DNA of 64,000 nt from Candidatus Gottesmanbacteria bacterium UBA6580 (GCA_002433895.1 DJJA01000006.1:104630-168629), one strand, 5' to 3'; counted from the first letter of the stretch, positions 29,594 to 40,689 are shown. Program-made: numbers and translations. Notes: generated from the sequence alone by a model not told the origin.

Positions 29594-30217
29594 ATGCTGC
29601 GGATATTTCCATTTATCAGCCCGATAATATTTACGTTCGTTATGCTCATCCTGGGATTGGTGACGCCGGGATATAACCACCTCAACCATACGATCAGCAG
29701 GCTCGCGATAGAAAAATATGGCTGGCTGCAATCGCTCAATTTTATCCAGCTTTCGGTCGGGCTCTATCTCACCGGCAATCATCTCGCGCGTCATATAAAA
29801 GACGAAACAGTAGATGAAATCATCCAGGGCATATTCCGGTTTTCAAGCGTGTTTCTTGTCATCGCCGCGTTTATTCCTACGGATCCCATCGAAAACGTGC
29901 CACTGGACTATACCCTACTTACTCCTACCGGACTTGTGCATATCAGCCTCGTTATCATATTTTTACTCCTTTCACCCATCGGAATCGTGCGGCTTTCCCA
30001 AATACTCAACAAAACACCGGGAACGGCGCGTTACACCCGCTACACCCTGGTTGCCGGATTTAGTGCATTCATCGGCAGCGCTATATGGTTTGCGTTTTAT
30101 TTTATGGGGATCTTGCTCGAATACCGGGGTATTTTCCAGAAAGCGATTGCGCTTCCCGTACTTATCTGGCTCATACTCATCAACTACACCATGATGCGAC
30201 ACGGCCATCGGATATAA
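29594..30217 (+). CDS. DUF998 family membrane protein
   Basis: PGY.H....IS.L, PTD, H, G.FQ. Confidence 0.8.
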   Translation: MLRIFPFISPIIFTFVMLILGLVTPGYNHLNHTISRLAIEKYGWLQSLNFIQLSVGLYLTGNHLARHIKDETVDEIIQGIFRFSSVFLVIAAFIPTDPIENVPLDYTLLTPTGLVHISLVIIFLLLSPIGIVRLSQILNKTPGTARYTRYTLVAGFSAFIGSAIWFAFYFMGILLEYRGIFQKAIALPVLIWLILINYTMMRHGHRI

Positions 30218-30225
30218 TACAACCT

Positions 30226-30627
30226 ATGACAAAACCGTATAACACGCTCACCGATGAAGAAGCATACATCATCGTCAACCGCGGCACAGAGGCGCCGTTT
30301 ACCGGCGAATATGACTCGTTTTACAAGGAAGGCACGTATATTTGCCGGCGCTGCAATGCGCCACTCTACTCCTCCAAAACAAAATTTGATGCGGGATGCG
30401 GATGGCCGGCGTTTGATGAAAATTTTCCTGACAGTGTCAGGCGTCTCCCCGACCCCGACGGACGGCGGGTGGAAATACGATGTAACAATTGCGACGCGCA
30501 TTTAGGCCATGTGTTTACCGGCGAGCGGCACACACCAAAAGATACGAGACACTGCGTGAACTCGCTCTCCCTCAAATTTATTCCGGTTGGAACGCTACTT
30601 CCCGAAGTTATCCGGGGCGACCTATGA
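30226..30627 (+). CDS. msrB: peptide-methionine (R)-S-oxide reductase
   Basis: GTE.PF.G, CRRC, KFDAGCGWPAF, CNNC.AHLGHVF, RHCVNS. Confidence 0.95.
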   Translation: MTKPYNTLTDEEAYIIVNRGTEAPFTGEYDSFYKEGTYICRRCNAPLYSSKTKFDAGCGWPAFDENFPDSVRRLPDPDGRRVEIRCNNCDAHLGHVFTGERHTPKDTRHCVNSLSLKFIPVGTLLPEVIRGDL

Positions 30628-31325
30628 CTCCTGTAACCTTGCACCGGACACTGCTCACTGCTATCAAAAAGCATGCCCGGATTATTTCATTTGATATCGC
30701 TCACTATGTAGGGACCAAACACCGGGTGTACAACGTCCCGACACCGGTAATGCACGATATTGCAAAAAATTTTGCGAAGGAACACAAAGATATCGGTGCT
30801 GATGATTGCATATCCCTCGTCAACTCATTGTTTCACGCATCCTCATTTGAAGAAAAAGTCCTTGCTACCATGATACTGCGCAGGTTTCCCATAATCCTTG
30901 CCTCGCTCCCTGCTTCGTATATTGATCAGTGGCTTTGCCTTCTCACCGGCTGGGCGGAAGTGGATACATTTTGTGATGAGATAGATTATTGGCTCAGAAT
31001 AAACCCGGCGAGCGGGGTAAAACTATTGAAAAAATGGAACAAAGACCCGTATCTTGAGAAACGAAGAGCGAGTTTGGTGGTGCTATGTAGTTGTCTGCGG
31101 CACAGCCCTGACCCGCGGTGGAAAACACTCGCGTTCACGTTCACCGGCGCACTGGCCCACGAAAAACACGTGATGATTACCAAAGCTATTTCCTGGGTGC
31201 TGCGCGCAATGGTGAAATACCATAAATCAGAAGTCACCTATTACATCCAATCACACCAAAACACATTACCAAAAATCGCCATCCGCGAGGCAACCAAAAA
31301 AATTCAAACAGGAAGAAAAAATTAA
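30624..31325 (+). CDS. DNA alkylation repair protein (AlkD-like)
   Basis: FEEK, W..VD, W......RR, KAISW.LR, REA. Confidence 0.85.
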   Translation: MTPVTLHRTLLTAIKKHARIISFDIAHYVGTKHRVYNVPTPVMHDIAKNFAKEHKDIGADDCISLVNSLFHASSFEEKVLATMILRRFPIILASLPASYIDQWLCLLTGWAEVDTFCDEIDYWLRINPASGVKLLKKWNKDPYLEKRRASLVVLCSCLRHSPDPRWKTLAFTFTGALAHEKHVMITKAISWVLRAMVKYHKSEVTYYIQSHQNTLPKIAIREATKKIQTGRKN

Positions 31326-31741
31326 CGCGCTCCAAGCCCTCCGGCTTTTACCGCGTCGCGAAGAATAGCGCCCAATATCTTTTGATCAATATCGGCGGCA
31401 TGTTTAATGCGTATACAGCTTTTTCCGATACTGGCCTTCGGGAGTTTATCTTTATATTTTTCCGCTATATACTGACCGTCGGCCATCGCGCACACGTACA
31501 GTGATATATATTGTTTTTGGCTCGCAAGCCCTATGAGCGCCCACTCTCCTTCTCTGCCGCTCGGGTATTTATAATGATATTTACCAAAGCCAAGCATCCC
31601 CACTTCTATGTAGGGCGCAAGTGAAGGAACGGTTTTTCGGATAAAATCATAGAGCGACTGGATTTCACTTCTCCGGGGTTCATCTATTTTTTCGATATAC
31701 TCCTTGGGTGTTTTTGCGTTGATGGGCTTAAACATGTTCAT
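31322..31741 (-). CDS. DUF1801 domain protein
   Basis: GFG.YHY.Y.SGREGEW, QK.YISLY, GKSC. Confidence 0.85.
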   Translation of the reverse strand: MNMFKPINAKTPKEYIEKIDEPRRSEIQSLYDFIRKTVPSLAPYIEVGMLGFGKYHYKYPSGREGEWALIGLASQKQYISLYVCAMADGQYIAEKYKDKLPKASIGKSCIRIKHAADIDQKILGAILRDAVKAGGLGAR

Positions 31742-32790
31742 AAGCGTTCTTTATAAAATTCAACCGTCCGCTGCATAGCGGTTGAAAAACTCCCACCGTC
31801 GATATTGTGTCCGCCGCTGGGATATTCAAATAGCTCGTGGCGGACATTTGTGCCGTCTAATAATTTCATCAAATTTCTACTGTACTCGATACTCACAACA
31901 TCGTCATTGACCGCATGGTGTAACTCCAAAGCACCTTTCAGGTCTTTCAGATAATCAGTCACTGCCACCTGCTTCCAGAACGGATGCTCAGCGTTAAAAT
32001 CACCGTGCGCTTCACGGAGCTGCTCCCTTTTCCGCTGGCGGGCGGTGTTTGTTTGCGGCGGCCGGTAGCTATTGTCGGAAATACGGTAGGTCGCAAGATC
32101 AGTATAGGTATACCCCGCGCCCGCCCATATCACGACACCGGGTATTTCCGGCCGCGCGACAAACGCGCGCATGGTCACATTGCCTGCCATACTGTGCCCC
32201 CACAATCCGATACGGTTTTCGTTTACTTCAGGTGTGTTGCCCAACGCAGCGCGTGCGTTTAATGTATCGATCACGTAGTCGGAAGAATAATACGCGCCGC
32301 CTGGTTCACCCTCAGACTTATCGTGACCACGGAGGTCGATTTTAAATACTGCAAACCCGTTGCGCGCAAGATAATCCACATAGGCCACATAATTGCCCGT
32401 TGTCTTGTAAACTGTCGGTGGAATATACCCGTGGACAAACACGATCGCCGGCCATCCGCCTGTTGGCGGCTCGCCTTTGGGGATCGTAAGTAATCCGTTT
32501 ATTTTAAGCCCGTCTGAGGTGTAGTGTGTAAGATATGAAGTATAGGTGGCGCTCTCGGAAAGCCGGGTTCTGGCACCCAAGGTGCTTTCGTAGTCACGCT
32601 CCCGTAAATACGGTACCGTCATCTCAATGAACGGTATGGGCGTTGGTGTGGGTACAAATCCCGCTTCTTCAGCAAAGGGCGAAAGTAATGATAGCGAAGG
32701 TTTATTTGCCTGACCGCTCCGGAACACGAAAAATACACCGAGGATGATGGCAAAGAGGAGTATGGAAATGGCCCGGGTTTTTGGTTTCAT
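31738..32790 (-). CDS. alpha/beta hydrolase (S9-like), membrane anchored
   Basis: HGY, D.RGH..SEG, GHSMAG nucleophile, D and GGH triad. Confidence 0.88.
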   Translation of the reverse strand: MKPKTRAISILLFAIILGVFFVFRSGQANKPSLSLLSPFAEEAGFVPTPTPIPFIEMTVPYLRERDYESTLGARTRLSESATYTSYLTHYTSDGLKINGLLTIPKGEPPTGGWPAIVFVHGYIPPTVYKTTGNYVAYVDYLARNGFAVFKIDLRGHDKSEGEPGGAYYSSDYVIDTLNARAALGNTPEVNENRIGLWGHSMAGNVTMRAFVARPEIPGVVIWAGAGYTYTDLATYRISDNSYRPPQTNTARQRKREQLREAHGDFNAEHPFWKQVAVTDYLKDLKGALELHHAVNDDVVSIEYSRNLMKLLDGTNVRHELFEYPSGGHNIDGGSFSTAMQRTVEFYKERL

Positions 32791-32881
32791 GCTGCCTTCC
32801 CCAATCTGATTATTGATATTTGTATTTTACCATACAATAAAAACGCCGGTGAAAGGGTACATCGCCCATGTACTAAGAAGG

Positions 32882-34693
32882 TTACCCAACAAGGTCGTAC
32901 TGCCGGAGGGCCTTCGCACGGTCCTCTTCGCTTGCGTCAAGCAAGGTTTTTTGAAGCGCGATCATCCGCGCGTACAAGCTGCTTTTATCACGGAGTAATA
33001 CCTCGGGAGCACCAAACTGTGCCACTTTACCGCCCTGTAACACCAAAATTTTATCTACACCGGAGAGGGTAGACAAACGGTGCGCAATAATAATGGTTGT
33101 TTTTCCACGGGTGAGATGCGTCAACCCCTGCTGCACAAGAAGCTCCGATTTACTATCGAGCGAGCTGGTCGCTTCGTCCAGTATGATAAACGGCGCATCA
33201 TGGAGTATGGCGCGCGCGATCGCGATCCGTTGCTTTTGCCCGCCCGATAATTTTATTCCCCGCTCGCCAATCGTCGTGTTATAACTCGCGGGAAGCGTAT
33301 CTATAAATTCGGTCGCGTTGGCGAGTTTAGCCGCGCGCTTCATATCGGCGTCAGTCGCGTCAGGGCTCCCGTAACGAATATTTTCAGCGATGGTACCGGA
33401 AAACAATAGGGCATCCTGGAATACGATGGAAATATATTTCCGCAGGGACTCACTGGTCACCCGTCCCACATCGTGACCGGCAAAATGTATATTGCCCTTT
33501 CTCGGCACGTAATAGCGCAGAATAAGATTTACCAGTGTTGATTTGCCCTGACCGCTTTCCCCCACAAGCGCGAGACGCTCGCCGTGCGCTAGCGAAAATG
33601 ATATATCCCGGAGGACATCACCGGCATTATCGCCATACGCAAATGATACGTGATCAAACGAAAGCGCTGGCCCCCGCACTTTTTTGGGGAATACCAATGC
33701 TTTTGCATTTGGCGCGTCTTTGATTACCTGAACGGTGCCCAGTACGTCAAAAAAGTCTTTGCTTCCCGCGTCTGCCTGCTGGATTTGGCCGATGATAAAC
33801 GACATCGCAAACAACGGAAACCTCGCTTGGTTAACAAGCTGCAGCATAAGCGTCATTTCTCCTAACGAATAGATCCCGTGATACGTCTGATACAGAATAT
33901 ACGAAACGATCAAAAACAAAATGACATTTAACAGTATCCGCCGGTAGAAATCATAGATATGCCATTCTTTCGATTGCTGGCGGGTGATAACCTCTATAGC
34001 ATCGCGGGCTTTGGCAAACGCGTGAAACTCAAACAGTTCACCAATAAACGCTTTCACCACCCGGATACCCGATAAACTTTCGAGGACTCTGCCTTGGGAT
34101 ATATCAGCAATTTCATTTTTTTTGCCTTCGTGTTTTCCCCATGCCTCAGATGACCGGTGGGTAATAATCGTATAAAGCGGAAACAGCGCGGCAAGCAGTA
34201 TTCCTACCACTGGTGAATAAAACATCAAAATACCGATGGTGATAAACGCGGTCAGGAAAAACGGCAGGAAATTGTTCGTCGCATTCTGTATAAAATTTGT
34301 AATACTGGAAATTCCCCGGTATAGCTTGTTCGTAAGATTTCCGACTGCGATATTGTCAAAATACGCGACATCCAGAGAAAGCACGTGCTTATAAAACTTT
34401 GATGAAAGAAACGTCTGGAGTTTTACGGACATCATGTCGCCCACCCACATGCTATACGCCGTAAGCGTGGTGCCCGCGACATCAGCCACCAACAATATAC
34501 CGAGCGCCCAATAAATCATGGAAATATCACTGATGTCTCCGGTCAGCTGTGCGGTAATGACATCAACAATCGACTTTAATACAAAAGGGGTGACGAAATT
34601 CAAAAGCGAAGAAACAATGATAAAAATACTCATCGCGGCATACCAGCCGCGGAAGCTTCCGGTAAACCGGAAAATATGAAATATATTCTTCAT
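32882..34693 (-). CDS. ABC exporter, fused permease/ATPase
   Basis: TM domain, GESGQGKST, LSGGQKQR, LDEATS. Confidence 0.93.
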   Translation of the reverse strand: MKNIFHIFRFTGSFRGWYAAMSIFIIVSSLLNFVTPFVLKSIVDVITAQLTGDISDISMIYWALGILLVADVAGTTLTAYSMWVGDMMSVKLQTFLSSKFYKHVLSLDVAYFDNIAVGNLTNKLYRGISSITNFIQNATNNFLPFFLTAFITIGILMFYSPVVGILLAALFPLYTIITHRSSEAWGKHEGKKNEIADISQGRVLESLSGIRVVKAFIGELFEFHAFAKARDAIEVITRQQSKEWHIYDFYRRILLNVILFLIVSYILYQTYHGIYSLGEMTLMLQLVNQARFPLFAMSFIIGQIQQADAGSKDFFDVLGTVQVIKDAPNAKALVFPKKVRGPALSFDHVSFAYGDNAGDVLRDISFSLAHGERLALVGESGQGKSTLVNLILRYYVPRKGNIHFAGHDVGRVTSESLRKYISIVFQDALLFSGTIAENIRYGSPDATDADMKRAAKLANATEFIDTLPASYNTTIGERGIKLSGGQKQRIAIARAILHDAPFIILDEATSSLDSKSELLVQQGLTHLTRGKTTIIIAHRLSTLSGVDKILVLQGGKVAQFGAPEVLLRDKSSLYARMIALQKTLLDASEEDRAKALRQYDLVG

Positions 34694-34962
34694 TACCGTC
34701 ATTTTACACGCTTTCGCAGCCCTTGTCTCTTGTAATTTACCCCACAATAAAAAATGAGGAAGCACCCCTTGTTGTTATATTGAATTTCATCCAAAAAACC
34801 CGTACAACTACATATAGACCGTGAAAAAACTCGCTTCATGCTCGTGCGGGAACTCGCTCTCCTTTTGCCATTGGGTGTATATACTTCATTTTCGGAAAAA
34901 TCGGTCTCGCATTTGCGCCTCTCGCTTGACACCTACAAGACAGACGTAGGAGAATAAAGATA

Positions 34963-35364
34963 ATGAATAAAAAACCAGACGCCATGGTATATGCAATAGC
35001 ACTTGGAGCGCTTATTCTCATGGGGGTCGTGACGACCGCCATCATAAATGTCGTCAAAAATAACCAAAGCAGCACCACCGACATCCGCGCAAAAGCAGGA
35101 GTCGTCAACACACTGAAACTCACCGGCACGGTAGACAGCACCGATGACATCGCCGGAACTATCACCGTCCTCAACGTCCAGTTTGCGGATGAAAGCAGAA
35201 GTGGTAAGCCGGTTAACTATGGCACATGGTCAGTTACCCCACCGGCAACTTTCAGTTTATCGAGTGCTATCCCGGGGACACGGATATCATTTACCGTAAA
35301 TTCTGATTCGTTTAATGTCTCTACAAAGCAGGTAGTCGCCGCGCAGGTTACTGTACTTCAATAA
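34963..35364 (+). CDS. membrane-anchored hypothetical protein
   Basis: N-terminal TM followed by DIRAKA; AGGAG RBS and TTGACA upstream. Confidence 0.65.
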   Translation: MNKKPDAMVYAIALGALILMGVVTTAIINVVKNNQSSTTDIRAKAGVVNTLKLTGTVDSTDDIAGTITVLNVQFADESRSGKPVNYGTWSVTPPATFSLSSAIPGTRISFTVNSDSFNVSTKQVVAAQVTVLQ

Positions 35365-35392
35365 CGGTACTATCCCCCGTCTTCGTCCGGTT

Positions 35393-36811
35393 TCACATCT
35401 TTTTTACCGTTGTGCCGTCTGCGGTGTCTTCTATTTCGTAACCTTTTTCCAGGAGTGCGTCGCGTATCTTATCTGACTCTGTGAAATTCCGGGCTTTACG
35501 GAATGCTTCTCTTTCCGTAAGCAACCGTTGTATATCAGCCGGCACTGCTTCAACGGCCGCCTCTTTTATCTCCGCTAATCCAAGTCCAAGCGTTTGATCA
35601 AAATCCAAAAGTAAATCATATTTATCCTGGCTGGTGATATTCGATTTCAAAAGCTCCCAAACGACCGCGAGTGCCTGAGGCGTATTCATATCGTTTGCGA
35701 GCGCGTCATCAAAGCGCTTGCGGAACCCGTCTATTTTCTCCAGTTTCTCATCGCTTAATGTATGGCGCTTCTGGGACTGCGCGCGGAGTACCATGACGTG
35801 GCTCTGCAACTCTTTAAGCGCGGCGGCGGAGCCGGAAAGTGCTTCCCATGTGAAATTCAATTCACTGCGGTAATGCGCGGTAAGATAAAAATACCGCAGC
35901 GCCATAGGATCCACTCCTTTTTGTACAACATCTTCTATCGTGTAAAAATTACCGAGACTCTTACTCATTTTTTTCCCATCTACCCGAAGGAAATTGTAAT
36001 GAAGCCATACCAGGACAAATGGCTTACCTGTCGCTCCCTCACTCTGCGCTATTTCATTGGGATGATGCACCGGAATATGATCTATGCCTCCCGTATGAAT
36101 ATCAATCGAATCACCCAAATATTTCATGCTCATGGCGGAGCACTCTATATGCCACCCAGGAAATCCATCTCCCCACGGACTGTCCCAATGCATCGCGTGA
36201 TCAGCAAATCTGCCGACCCGCTTAAACCACAACGCAAAATCCGCCGCGTGTTTTTTGTGCTCACCTTCCACCACGGCGTCTCTCACTCCCGCCTTTTTGT
36301 CTTCCAACTTTTGTCTGCCAAAGAGTGCTGCGTACCCGGGAAATTTTGTCACATCAAAATACACTGCCTCCGGCGTGTCGTACGCTAACCCTTTTTGTAT
36401 AAGTTTACTGATGAGTGCAATCTGATCGCTGATATGTTCAGTAGCTTTGCAGATAACGGTCGGACGAAGCACGTTGAGCGAATGCATCGACTGATAAAAA
36501 TGATCGGTATAAAACTGCGCTACTTCCCATACTGTTTTTCCGTATTTTTTAGCACCCTTTTCCATTTTATCTTCACCCTCATCCGCGTCTGAGGACAAGT
36601 GCCCGACATCGGTCACATTTTGCACATGAGTCACGTGGTACCCGAAACGGCTGAGTGTCCTGCGTAGGATATCATCGCCCACATATTTTCGGCCGTGCCC
36701 AATGTGGGCAAAATCGTATACCGTCATGCCGCACGTATAGAGACTGACCGCTGGTGGGTTACGCGGTGTAAATACTTCAATGCTTCTGGTCAGTGAGTTA
36801 CAGAGTTTCAT
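35393..36811 (-). CDS. cysS: cysteine--tRNA ligase
   Basis: CG.TVYD..HIGH, PGWHIECS, HHPNE, KMSKS. Confidence 0.97.
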   Translation of the reverse strand: MKLCNSLTRSIEVFTPRNPPAVSLYTCGMTVYDFAHIGHGRKYVGDDILRRTLSRFGYHVTHVQNVTDVGHLSSDADEGEDKMEKGAKKYGKTVWEVAQFYTDHFYQSMHSLNVLRPTVICKATEHISDQIALISKLIQKGLAYDTPEAVYFDVTKFPGYAALFGRQKLEDKKAGVRDAVVEGEHKKHAADFALWFKRVGRFADHAMHWDSPWGDGFPGWHIECSAMSMKYLGDSIDIHTGGIDHIPVHHPNEIAQSEGATGKPFVLVWLHYNFLRVDGKKMSKSLGNFYTIEDVVQKGVDPMALRYFYLTAHYRSELNFTWEALSGSAAALKELQSHVMVLRAQSQKRHTLSDEKLEKIDGFRKRFDDALANDMNTPQALAVVWELLKSNITSQDKYDLLLDFDQTLGLGLAEIKEAAVEAVPADIQRLLTEREAFRKARNFTESDKIRDALLEKGYEIEDTADGTTVKKM

Positions 36812-36878
36812 TGTTTTATGGACCGGTTTTTTCAAGCAAAAAAGTGTCTAGAATTATTTACCCCGGTACCTGATTATA

Positions 36879-37346
36879 TCAATCCTGACGTTTTGATTTA
36901 TTTTCCATACTTGTCTGCTTCGCTTTTTTACCATACAAATCACCTCTCGGACGCTTACTGGCGGGTTGCGGTAACGCCTGCTTTCTCGCCTGTTCTTTTT
37001 GCTTCTTTTCCATTTCTTTCTTTTGCTCTTCTTCTTTTTGGATTTTTTCCCAAACACTTAATTCTTTGGGTTGGGACTGACCGGAAAGCTCGCGCAATGC
37101 CGCACGCGCGATTGCCCGTTTCACTTCGTCACTCGGTCCGGGGGCTGCCGGTGCATTTTCCTGCCCACCCTGCGGATCAGCGGCTGCCTGTTTCGGGTTT
37201 TTCTTTTGCCCTGAAGACACACCTAAGCTCTCCAATGCTGTACCCACGATATCTTTGGGTGCCTGTACGGTCTCACGGGCAATATCTTTACCGATATCTT
37301 CAAATGATTCGCCGATTTGCTGCAATACTGATCCCGAATTAGCCAT
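36879..37346 (-). CDS. hypothetical charged protein
   Basis: ORF in operon between DUF59 and cysS; K/E/Q-rich. Confidence 0.6.
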   Translation of the reverse strand: MANSGSVLQQIGESFEDIGKDIARETVQAPKDIVGTALESLGVSSGQKKNPKQAAADPQGGQENAPAAPGPSDEVKRAIARAALRELSGQSQPKELSVWEKIQKEEEQKKEMEKKQKEQARKQALPQPASKRPRGDLYGKKAKQTSMENKSKRQD

Positions 37347-37348
37347 AA

Positions 37349-37654
37349 TTAGACAAATCCTAACTGCTTCTTTGCCGTGTCGGACATGCGCTCCATATTC
37401 CACGGCGGATCAAACGTCAGGTCGACATCCACTTTTTTCACTCCCGCGAGCGCGCCGACCTCTTGTTGGATTGGCCCTGATATCAAACTAAATAGCGGGC
37501 ACCCGATGGTCGTTAATGTCATGCGGACGGTCACGGTGCCTGTTTTTTTGTTAATATGAATGCCATAGATGAGTCCCAGATCCCACAGTGAGACACCAAT
37601 CTCCGGATCGGGAATATTTTTCAGCACTTCTTCTATTTGTTTCTTGGTAACCAT
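37349..37654 (-). CDS. DUF59 / SufT-like metal-sulfur cluster assembly factor
   Basis: DPEI..S..DLGLIY, TLTT.GCP, FDPPW. Confidence 0.92.
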   Translation of the reverse strand: MVTKKQIEEVLKNIPDPEIGVSLWDLGLIYGIHINKKTGTVTVRMTLTTIGCPLFSLISGPIQQEVGALAGVKKVDVDLTFDPPWNMERMSDTAKKQLGFV

Positions 37655-37661
37655 ACTGTTG

Positions 37662-38285
37662 TTAAAATTCGTGCCTGCCCTCCAACGCACGGGAAAGGGT
37701 CACCTCATCAGCATATTCGATATCGGCCCCCACTGGCAACCCGTGTGCCAGCCGGGTCACTTTGACCGCCGTCCCGTTTTCCGAATTGAGCTGGTTTATT
37801 TGTCTTGTGATATACATAGCGGTCGCTTCCCCCTCCATATTCGGGTTCGTCGCGAGAATTACTTCCCCTGCATCACTCCCCATACGTTTCAGACGTTTCA
37901 AAAGATCGGCAATATAGATTTCATCCGGTCCGATATTATTTAGCGGATCAATGCAGCCGTGTAACACATGATATACACCTTTAAACTTTCCGGTTTTTTC
38001 TACCGATAATACATCAGTCGGTTGCTCTACAACGCACAGCACACGCTGATCCCGGCTTGGCGTGCTGCAGACGATACACGGATCTTCTTCCGTGACGTTT
38101 TTACATATGGAACAAAGTACTGTATGTTTTTTTAGATTTTGAAGCGCGTCAGCAAACCGTTCAATATCATGCTGTGGCACATGAAGGAGATAAAACGCTA
38201 ACCGCTGCGCGGTCTTGGGACCCACACCGGGAAGCCGTTCAAATGATTCTATGACATGCACAAGCGATTTCGGAAGAAGCGCCAT
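37662..38285 (-). CDS. recR: recombination mediator RecR
   Basis: LPGVGPKTAQR, C4 zinc finger, YHVLHG, EGEATA, EYADE.TL. Confidence 0.97.
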   Translation of the reverse strand: MALLPKSLVHVIESFERLPGVGPKTAQRLAFYLLHVPQHDIERFADALQNLKKHTVLCSICKNVTEEDPCIVCSTPSRDQRVLCVVEQPTDVLSVEKTGKFKGVYHVLHGCIDPLNNIGPDEIYIADLLKRLKRMGSDAGEVILATNPNMEGEATAMYITRQINQLNSENGTAVKVTRLAHGLPVGADIEYADEVTLSRALEGRHEF

Positions 38286-38297
38286 AATAGAGACATT

Positions 38298-39212
38298 TTA
38301 CTTTGTTTGCTGCATGATTGCATCAGCAAGAAGCGAAGAAACAGAAACAACGTCTAGTGTGGCAAAGTGTTTGGTAGTTGGCACGGCAATCGTGTCAGTC
38401 ACGATCACTTTATCAATAACGCTCTGAGAAAGTGTTTCTGCTGAGTGACCCGCAAGCACGGCATGCGTGGCCAAAAAATATACACTTGTAGCACCTTTTT
38501 CTTTGACGAACTTACTCGTCGTCACGGCGGTGGCACCGGTATTTATAATATCATCAAATATGATAACTGCTTTCCCATCCACCGCGCCTTCGATACCATC
38601 TACGGTAACCTCGCCAGTCGCGGTATCACGATGTTTCATAAGATAAACGGTGGATAATCCAGCTTTTTCGGCAAACCGCTCAGACCGGGAAACACCGCCT
38701 TTATCAGGTGAAACGACTACCGCGTTTTCTGAGGTAAAATTGCGCTCGGAGGAAAAGAGCGTCTCCCGGAGCAGTTCATGGGCAGATATCTCCATCACCG
38801 GTATGCGGAAAAATGGCAATACATTTTCGGAATGAAGCTCCACAGAAATTACCGCATCAAACCCAGCTGCCTCGATAAATTTCGCGACTAACTGCGATGA
38901 AATCGCCTCGCCTTTTCGAAATGCTTTGTCCTGCTTGCTATACCCCATCCACGGGATAACCGCGGTTACTTTCGTCGCCCCCAGATTTTTAATCGCAGAC
39001 CCCAATAAGCAAAGCTCGACCAAATGTTGATCCGCAACTTCGGAAAGTGACTGTACGACAAACACCTCTTGCCCCGAAACATCTTCACGAACAAATACCC
39101 GGCATTCATTGTCGATAAAACGGGTGATCTCCACGTCACCCAATGGCATATCGAGTAGTTTTGCTATGCGACCTGCGAGTGGTTCATTTGATGTGCCGGA
39201 AAAAATCTTCAT
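38298..39212 (-). CDS. prs: ribose-phosphate pyrophosphokinase
   Basis: F.D.E..V, YSKQDK, VSPDKGG, DDIINTG.T, ATH. Confidence 0.93.
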   Translation of the reverse strand: MKIFSGTSNEPLAGRIAKLLDMPLGDVEITRFIDNECRVFVREDVSGQEVFVVQSLSEVADQHLVELCLLGSAIKNLGATKVTAVIPWMGYSKQDKAFRKGEAISSQLVAKFIEAAGFDAVISVELHSENVLPFFRIPVMEISAHELLRETLFSSERNFTSENAVVVSPDKGGVSRSERFAEKAGLSTVYLMKHRDTATGEVTVDGIEGAVDGKAVIIFDDIINTGATAVTTSKFVKEKGATSVYFLATHAVLAGHSAETLSQSVIDKVIVTDTIAVPTTKHFATLDVVSVSSLLADAIMQQTK

Positions 39213-39934
39213 TATTGTAATCCTAACAAGGCGAGCAGCTGTCCGTCTATGAGAGAGTCTATATGCATATCGGGAGGAAATTGGGCAAAGTCTTCTTTGA
39301 CCACTCCCCACCCGGTCGCCACAATTACTGCGGTTGCCCCGATAACACGCGCGCACTCCGAGTCCCGAACCGTATCACCGATAATAATAATATCGCTCGG
39401 TGTAAACGTTTGACCGAAAAAAAGCTCAGCCTTGGCCGGAATAAGTCTGGCGAGGTCATTGCGCTCATCAGCCTCATGCCCGTATATACCAAACGCGATA
39501 TCCGGCAATCCGGTTGATCGAAGTTTCCAGCTCGCTGAAGGCCCAAGATTTCCGGTAAGCACCCCTTCCGACAAATGATCTGCCGAGATTACTTTCTCCA
39601 CCAATGTTTTTGCTTCGGGTATGACCGTATACGAAGGCCCGCCGTCTTTTATACTTTCCAGATATTCGGCGAATGCGTCACCGATATCACCTATTTTATC
39701 CAGAAATGCGTCACGGGAAATCCCAAAATCTTTTATGAACTCCCACAGGATATACCGGTCACCGGCGCCGTTAAAGTTTTTCGATTTCCAACGCTCCATG
39801 GTAAATGCTCCTATGTCGACTCCAAATACCTTTTTCACTGCGTACGGAAACCGTTGAAGATTATCCACCATCCGCTCTGCACGGATAAGTGTGCCGTCGA
39901 TATCAAATAACACCAGCTTTTTCTTTTTATTCAT
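39212..39934 (-). CDS. HAD family hydrolase (phosphoglycolate phosphatase-like)
   Basis: FDIDGTL, TGN, IGDT..D. Confidence 0.88.
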   Translation of the reverse strand: MNKKKKLVLFDIDGTLIRAERMVDNLQRFPYAVKKVFGVDIGAFTMERWKSKNFNGAGDRYILWEFIKDFGISRDAFLDKIGDIGDAFAEYLESIKDGGPSYTVIPEAKTLVEKVISADHLSEGVLTGNLGPSASWKLRSTGLPDIAFGIYGHEADERNDLARLIPAKAELFFGQTFTPSDIIIIGDTVRDSECARVIGATAVIVATGWGVVKEDFAQFPPDMHIDSLIDGQLLALLGLQ

Positions 39935-39948
39935 ATCTATGATGCGCT

Positions 39949-40689
39949 CTACTTCTTATCCGGCAGGCGAAGTAGCGCCAACATCGGCGCGTCCGTAAGC
40001 GTATTTACTACGATATCTCCTCCTGCTGCCTCCAATTGTTCTAAACTCTCGGTCATACCTGTCGCAACGCCGACAGAAAAGACGCCTGCTTTCTTTGCAG
40101 AAGCGATGTCATGAATAGTGTCGCCGACAACAATAATATCTGATCTAAGAAATTTAGTGCCGAAGTGATGTTGCGCCTTCTGTATTGCCTCCACAACCAG
40201 ATCGCCGCGATCTTCAACGTTATCTCCAAATCCCCCCACCGAAAATGGCGTATCGAAATCAGCACTTTTAAGCTTAAGCCACGCGTTTTTTTCAATATTT
40301 CCCGTAACCAATCCCATATAAATATGAGAAACCTTCATGAGCCTCTCTACCAAATCCGCGGCTTCCCGCACCTTGGTGAAATTAATATTTTTCTTCTCTA
40401 TGTGGTGCTTCAGCAATACGTGAAAATATTCAGCGGCTGCCGGAAACTTTTTTTCAAACTCATCCTTAGATACTCCCAGCATTTCAGCAATTTCCCTAAA
40501 ATACCGGCGCTCAACTTTCCCGTTGACCCGCGCGAGATCGAAATCCACCGGTAAATCCTTGCCGTACACCTCTTTAAATACTTCCACCACGCGGATCCGC
40601 CATTGTGCAACGCTTTGTTTGTCTGTTTGTACCAATGTCCCATCTATATCAAATAACACCAATTTCTTGTTTACATTTGCTTTCTTCAT
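39949..40689 (-). CDS. HAD family hydrolase (tandem paralogue)
   Basis: FDIDGTL, TGN, VGDT..D. Confidence 0.88.
   Translation of the reverse strand: MKKANVNKKLVLFDIDGTLVQTDKQSVAQWRIRVVEVFKEVYGKDLPVDFDLARVNGKVERRYFREIAEMLGVSKDEFEKKFPAAAEYFHVLLKHHIEKKNINFTKVREAADLVERLMKVSHIYMGLVTGNIEKNAWLKLKSADFDTPFSVGGFGDNVEDRGDLVVEAIQKAQHHFGTKFLRSDIIVVGDTIHDIASAKKAGVFSVGVATGMTESLEQLEAAGGDIVVNTLTDAPMLALLRLPDKK

Noticed and set aside
36812-36878. T-box or attenuator upstream of cysS
   Set aside because: The spacer is too short and has no UGGNACC bulge or Cys-rich ORF
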